This document shows, piece after piece, positions 60,523-64,000 of a DNA stretch of 64,000 nt. Under the pieces are notes generated by a model. That model had not been told where the DNA came from and did no database searches. It saw nothing but the letters and a program-made list of their open reading frames with translations. The DNA is from Acidobacteriota bacterium. Lineage in GTDB: Bacteria; Acidobacteriota; Blastocatellia; Pyrinomonadales; Pyrinomonadaceae. How positions within the stretch are numbered: the stretch's first letter is position 1; each line of letters starts with the position of its first letter. Position numbers and translations under genes: made by a program. Location: contig QHXQ01000039.1 in the NCBI GenBank assembly GCA_003223935.1, positions 2,535 through 66,534 on the forward strand. The letters run 5' to 3'.

Positions 60523-60834
60523 ATGGCAAGCACACATAACGCAGCCGCGAACCTCGTGGCGGCGACGGTCACGGGTAAAGTAACTGATGTTGTGACAGGC
60601 GCAGGTCTTGAAGGGATCGAAGTGCACGCCTCGCCTACGGATGACAGTGGCGGCACTGAAGGGCACGCCACCACCGGCCGCAACGGCAACTACCAGATCA
60701 CAAATCTGAACACCGGCAAATATGAGTTGCACGTTTCCACGGCCGGCAAATTCGAGCCGCCTCATTACATGCTTAATCTGACGCAAAGCGACAATCTGAT
60801 GGGGCGCAACTTTAAGCGCATAGAGGTTGGCTGA
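60523..60834 (+). CDS. Small carboxypeptidase-regulatory-like domain protein
   Basis: 103 aa, with an AAAGGAGAG RBS at ~60505. ATVTGKVTDVVTGAGLEGIEVHASP...TTGRNGNYQITNLNTGKYELHVSTAGK is a single CarboxypepD_reg-like beta-sandwich. No signal peptide is evident. Confidence 0.55.
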   Translation: MASTHNAAANLVAATVTGKVTDVVTGAGLEGIEVHASPTDDSGGTEGHATTGRNGNYQITNLNTGKYELHVSTAGKFEPPHYMLNLTQSDNLMGRNFKRIEVG

Positions 60835-61137
60835 AACCCACTTGTAACAGACACCCTCAGCGCTAACAGTCTGCCGCGCCGCGCTAGCCGGCCGCGCATG
60901 CGATGGACGTGTGCCGCTTATGCCACTCGCCTCTGCTGCGCGCTGTCGCGGCTTTGCTCGGAACTGCCAAATTATTATCAAATTGCAATACCGCATTGGG
61001 CGCAACTTTCCTTATCATCATCATCAAAAAGCCGGAAGCTTTGGTCAGACAAACTGCGAGCGCGCGACCCCGACGCGCCGGTCTGTCATGAAGCCCTGAT
61101 AACTTATCTACAACGCGCCGGCAAACGTCGGCGCTTA

Positions 61138-61965
61138 ATGGGGGATAAAATGAAGAGAACATTTTTGATCGTAACGCTCGCGCTCGGCTGTGCTGCGAGC
61201 GCGCTGGCGCAGACGCATAAGGCGCAGACCTCGACTTCGGCCAGCAGCGACACGAGCGCGCACGCTTCCGCCCAAGGAGGCCAGCGCAATGTCGAGATCG
61301 TTTCGGGGACGCGCCTCGCGGCGCAGTTGCAGAACACGCTCGACGTGCGCCGCGCACACGTCGGCGATCAAGTCGTGCTCAAGACCACCGAGGCCATCAA
61401 GCAGAACGGGCATACGATGGTCAACAAGGGCGCGCGGCTCATCGGACACGTAACCGAAGTGCAGCAACGCGCGCAGGGCAACGCGGAATCGCGCATCGGT
61501 CTCGTCTTTGATCGCTTGGAGAGCGGCTCGCTCACGACGCCCATCTCGGCCACGATCACTTCGATCACGCAAGCCACGACACACACGAGCGCATCGAACG
61601 ACGACTTCACGAACGATACGAGCGCGTCAAGCACAACGACGACGAGCACTAGCGCCGGTTCATCAAGCGGTGGCGGTCTGCTCGGCGGCGTCGGCAACAC
61701 GGTCGGCGGTGTGATGAACACTGTGGGCGGCGTGGTCAACACGACGACGCAGGCGACCGGTCAAGTCGTCTCAGGCACGACAAGTGCGGTCGGGCGCACG
61801 GTCGGCGGGCTGCACATCTCGCAATCGGGCAGCGCCTCAGCCGAAGGCGGCTCGACGCTCTCGCTGACGGGCGGCAACCTGCGGCTTGAGAAGAACACGA
61901 CGTTCAATCTCACGCTCAACGAATCGGCCGCAGTCGGGCACGAGCGCGATGACAGAGAGCCGTAA
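61138..61965 (+). CDS. Secreted Ser/Thr/Gly-rich hypothetical protein
   Basis: I place the start at ATG 61138 or 61150 within ORF 60898..61965 (MGDKMKRTFLIVTLALGCAASALAQ, a signal peptide). The central part is low-complexity: [43 protein letters not shown]. Confidence 0.6.
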   Translation: MGDKMKRTFLIVTLALGCAASALAQTHKAQTSTSASSDTSAHASAQGGQRNVEIVSGTRLAAQLQNTLDVRRAHVGDQVVLKTTEAIKQNGHTMVNKGARLIGHVTEVQQRAQGNAESRIGLVFDRLESGSLTTPISATITSITQATTHTSASNDDFTNDTSASSTTTTSTSAGSSSGGGLLGGVGNTVGGVMNTVGGVVNTTTQATGQVVSGTTSAVGRTVGGLHISQSGSASAEGGSTLSLTGGNLRLEKNTTFNLTLNESAAVGHERDDREP

Positions 61966-62118
61966 CAGATAAGTCGGGCGGAAGGCCCGCGCGCAGGCGA
62001 CGAGGTGAGCGCAAGTTCATCTCGTCGCCTGCGTTTTTTGTGCGGAGATAAGACTCTGTGTTGCTGCGATACGGAGGCGCGCGTTAAAGTAGAGCACGCC
62101 TGTTTGGTGTCTTAGATC

Positions 62119-63546
62119 ATGAGCCTGCATCACGACAGACCGATGCGCACGGGCCGCACGACGACGACTGCGTCCGCGCCGGATGTGCTCGCGCGTGTGC
62201 GCGAGATCGTCGGCGCAGAGAATGTTTTGGTTGACGCGGACAAGGTTGAACCTTACGCGCAGGATGCGGTCAAAGAAAAATTTCCGCCCGAAGCGGTCGT
62301 GCTGCCACAGACGGCGGAAGAGATCGCTGCGATCATGCGGCTCGCCAACGAGCGTCTGTTTCCGGTCACGGCGCGCGGCGGCGGCGTTGGTTACAGTGGC
62401 GGCGCTGTGCCGGTTGACGGCGGCATCGTCATTGGCACGGATCGCATGAACCAGATACGCGAGATCAACGTGAACGACTCTTACGTCGTGACCGAGCCGG
62501 GCGTGACGACTTACGCGCTGCAACAAGCGGTCGAAGAGCACGGACTTTTCTATCCGCCCGATCCTGCGTCTTACAAAAACTCTTACATCGGCGGCAACAT
62601 CGCAGAGAACGCGGGCGGCATGCGCTCCGCGAAGTACGGCGTGACGAAGCACTACGTGCTCGGTCTCGAAGTCGTCACCCCGACCGGCGAGATCATGCGC
62701 ACGGGCGGGCGTGTGAGCAAGAACGTCGTCGGCTTCGATCTCACAGGTCTCATCTGCGGCAGCGAAGGCATGCTCGGCATCATCACCGAAGCGACGCTCA
62801 AACTCCTGCCTTTGCCGGAAGCGACGCGCACCGTGCGCGCGACCTTCAAGACGATGACGGAGGCTTGCGCCTGCGTGCCGCGCTTCAATCGCGCGCGCGT
62901 CGTGCCCGTTGCGATTGAAGTTTTAGATCGCAACTCGATCCGCGCCGTCGAAACCGAATACGCCTTCGGCTTAGACGCAGATGCGGGCGCGCTCTTGCTT
63001 GTCGCTGTTGACGGGCACGTGGCAGAGGTCGAACGCGCGGCGCAGATCGTTGAACAGGTTGTGCGCGAGGGCGGCGGCTACGACGTGCTGCGCGCCGCGA
63101 CGCGCGAGGATGAAGAGAAACTCTGGGACGTGCGCCGCGCGCTCTCGCCCGCGATCAAACGCTTCGGCACGATGAAGTTCAACGAGGACGTGGTCGTGCC
63201 GCGTTCGCGCGTGCCGGAACTCATCGAGCGCGTCGAAGAGATCGGCCGCGAGTTCGACACCTTCGTCGTCAACTTCGGTCACGCGGGCGACGGCAACATC
63301 CACGTCAACTTCATGTGCGACCGCGACGACCGAGACGCGATGCAGCGCGCCCGCGCCGCCGTGCGCGCTACCTTCGCCATCGCCGTCGCGCTTGGCGGCA
63401 CGATCAGCGGCGAGCACGGCATCGGCTACGTTAAAGCCCCCTACATTGACATGGCGCTCGACGCCGCCACCATCGCAGCCATGAAGCGCATCAAGCACGC
63501 GCTCGATCCGAACGGCATTCTGAATCCGGGCAAGATGTTTGTGTAA
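62119..63546 (+). CDS. glcD: FAD-linked oxidase (GlcD / D-lactate dehydrogenase family)
   Basis: 475 aa. FAD_binding_4 motifs: VVLPQTAEEIAAIMRLANERLFPVTARGGGVGYSGGAVP and FYPPDPAS...IGGNIAENAGG. C-terminal FAD-oxidase_C: ISGEHGIGYVK...DPNGILNPGK. Confidence 0.85.
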   Translation: MSLHHDRPMRTGRTTTTASAPDVLARVREIVGAENVLVDADKVEPYAQDAVKEKFPPEAVVLPQTAEEIAAIMRLANERLFPVTARGGGVGYSGGAVPVDGGIVIGTDRMNQIREINVNDSYVVTEPGVTTYALQQAVEEHGLFYPPDPASYKNSYIGGNIAENAGGMRSAKYGVTKHYVLGLEVVTPTGEIMRTGGRVSKNVVGFDLTGLICGSEGMLGIITEATLKLLPLPEATRTVRATFKTMTEACACVPRFNRARVVPVAIEVLDRNSIRAVETEYAFGLDADAGALLLVAVDGHVAEVERAAQIVEQVVREGGGYDVLRAATREDEEKLWDVRRALSPAIKRFGTMKFNEDVVVPRSRVPELIERVEEIGREFDTFVVNFGHAGDGNIHVNFMCDRDDRDAMQRARAAVRATFAIAVALGGTISGEHGIGYVKAPYIDMALDAATIAAMKRIKHALDPNGILNPGKMFV

Positions 63547-63551
63547 TTCAG

Positions 63552-64000
63552 ATGATCAGAGCCATCATTTTTGATCTAGACAACTGCTTGAGTGCGGCTG
63601 ACGAAGTGGGGCGCGGGCTACTCGAACCTGTGTTCGATGCAATCAGATGGACGAACAAGGGCAAACTCTCCGACGAGGCGCTTGCACAAGCGTTTGAAGC
63701 TTGCTGGCGTCATCCGTTGGATTGGGTTGCACGCGAGTATGGCTTTTCTGATGAGATGCTGGCCGCCGGTTGGGAAGTAGCCGCACGCACAGAGGTCGAA
63801 GCCCCAATGCAGGGCTATCCTGACCTCGGCGCGTTGGCGGAACTTCCGGCCATGCTGTTCCTTGTAACTTCCGGGTTTCGTCGCCTGCAAGACAGTAAGA
63901 TCAAGGCGCTTCAGTTCGCGTCGTTGTTCGAGGCGATCTACGTTGACGCGATTGACGAGGCCGACCGAAAAGGTAAGGAAGGACTCTTCAATGAGATTCT
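63552..64000 (+). CDS. HAD superfamily hydrolase (3' end cut by window edge)
   Basis: Not in the track because it runs off the edge. ATG 63552. Hand translation: MIRAIIFDLDNCLSAADEVGRGLLEPVFDAIRW...MLFLVTSGFRRLQDSKIKAL. It carries HAD motif I (DxDxx) and motif II (VTSG). Confidence 0.7.
   Translation, partial: MIRAIIFDLDNCLSAADEVGRGLLEPVFDAIRWTNKGKLSDEALAQAFEACWRHPLDWVAREYGFSDEMLAAGWEVAARTEVEAPMQGYPDLGALAELPAMLFLVTSGFRRLQDSKIKALQFASLFEAIYVDAIDEADRKGKEGLFNEI

Noticed and set aside
1-64000. tRNA, rRNA, tmRNA, RNase P, transposase, integrase or prophage genes.
   Set aside because: No cloverleaf-like or rRNA-like segments were seen in the intergenic gaps, and no ORF showed DDE, tyrosine recombinase or serine recombinase motifs. 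This absence is judged by eye only; tRNAscan-SE, Infernal and ISfinder would be decisive.

Overview
This is a high-GC, densely coding bacterial chromosomal window. GC is above 60% by eye, and I computed no statistics. I support about 57 CDS and found no rRNA, tRNA or CRISPR array. The gene content suggests an Acidobacteriota-like organism, which is inference only: a giant CarboxypepD_reg-type TonB-dependent-receptor-like outer membrane protein, a membrane-anchored wHTH-TolB propeller regulator, a secreted WD40-caspase protein, BlaI/BlaR1 variants and many secreted low-complexity proteins.

Housekeeping genes:
- ribA, trmL, typA/bipA, an EF-P-family gene, thiE and a glcD-like FAD oxidase
- pilT and a pilN/pilO-like cluster

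Metal homeostasis genes:
- Nramp/mntH and a CDF exporter
- an unlisted metallothionein-like micro-ORF
- a His/Asp-rich secreted protein

A 12-kb co-directional block on the minus strand runs from 37780 down to 25773. It encodes a DesK-like kinase, NarL-type regulator, PepSY protein, TolC, MFP, RND pump, PAP2 phosphatase, stand-alone MprF-C-like domain and a second kinase.

Most interesting items:
1. A roughly 1.2-kb AT-rich single-gene island (3471..4682) encodes an orphan TIR-like domain of the Cap12/PycTIR type, fused to an N-terminal domain I cannot assign. It is a candidate stand-alone defence or abortive-infection protein.
2. A roughly 420-bp array of 20 phase-locked 21-bp dyad-containing repeats (53729..54148) lies in a non-coding gap beside an XRE regulator.
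3. A 182-bp element with perfect 46-bp inverted arms follows the array (54186..54367).
4. At least two families of long perfect palindromic repeats occur. One family brackets the CDF gene.
5. A BlaR1-like M56 transducer has its sensor domain replaced by a catalytically degenerate deacetylase-like domain.

Limits: all domain calls rest on motifs I recognise by eye and from memory. None has been checked by HMM or BLAST.
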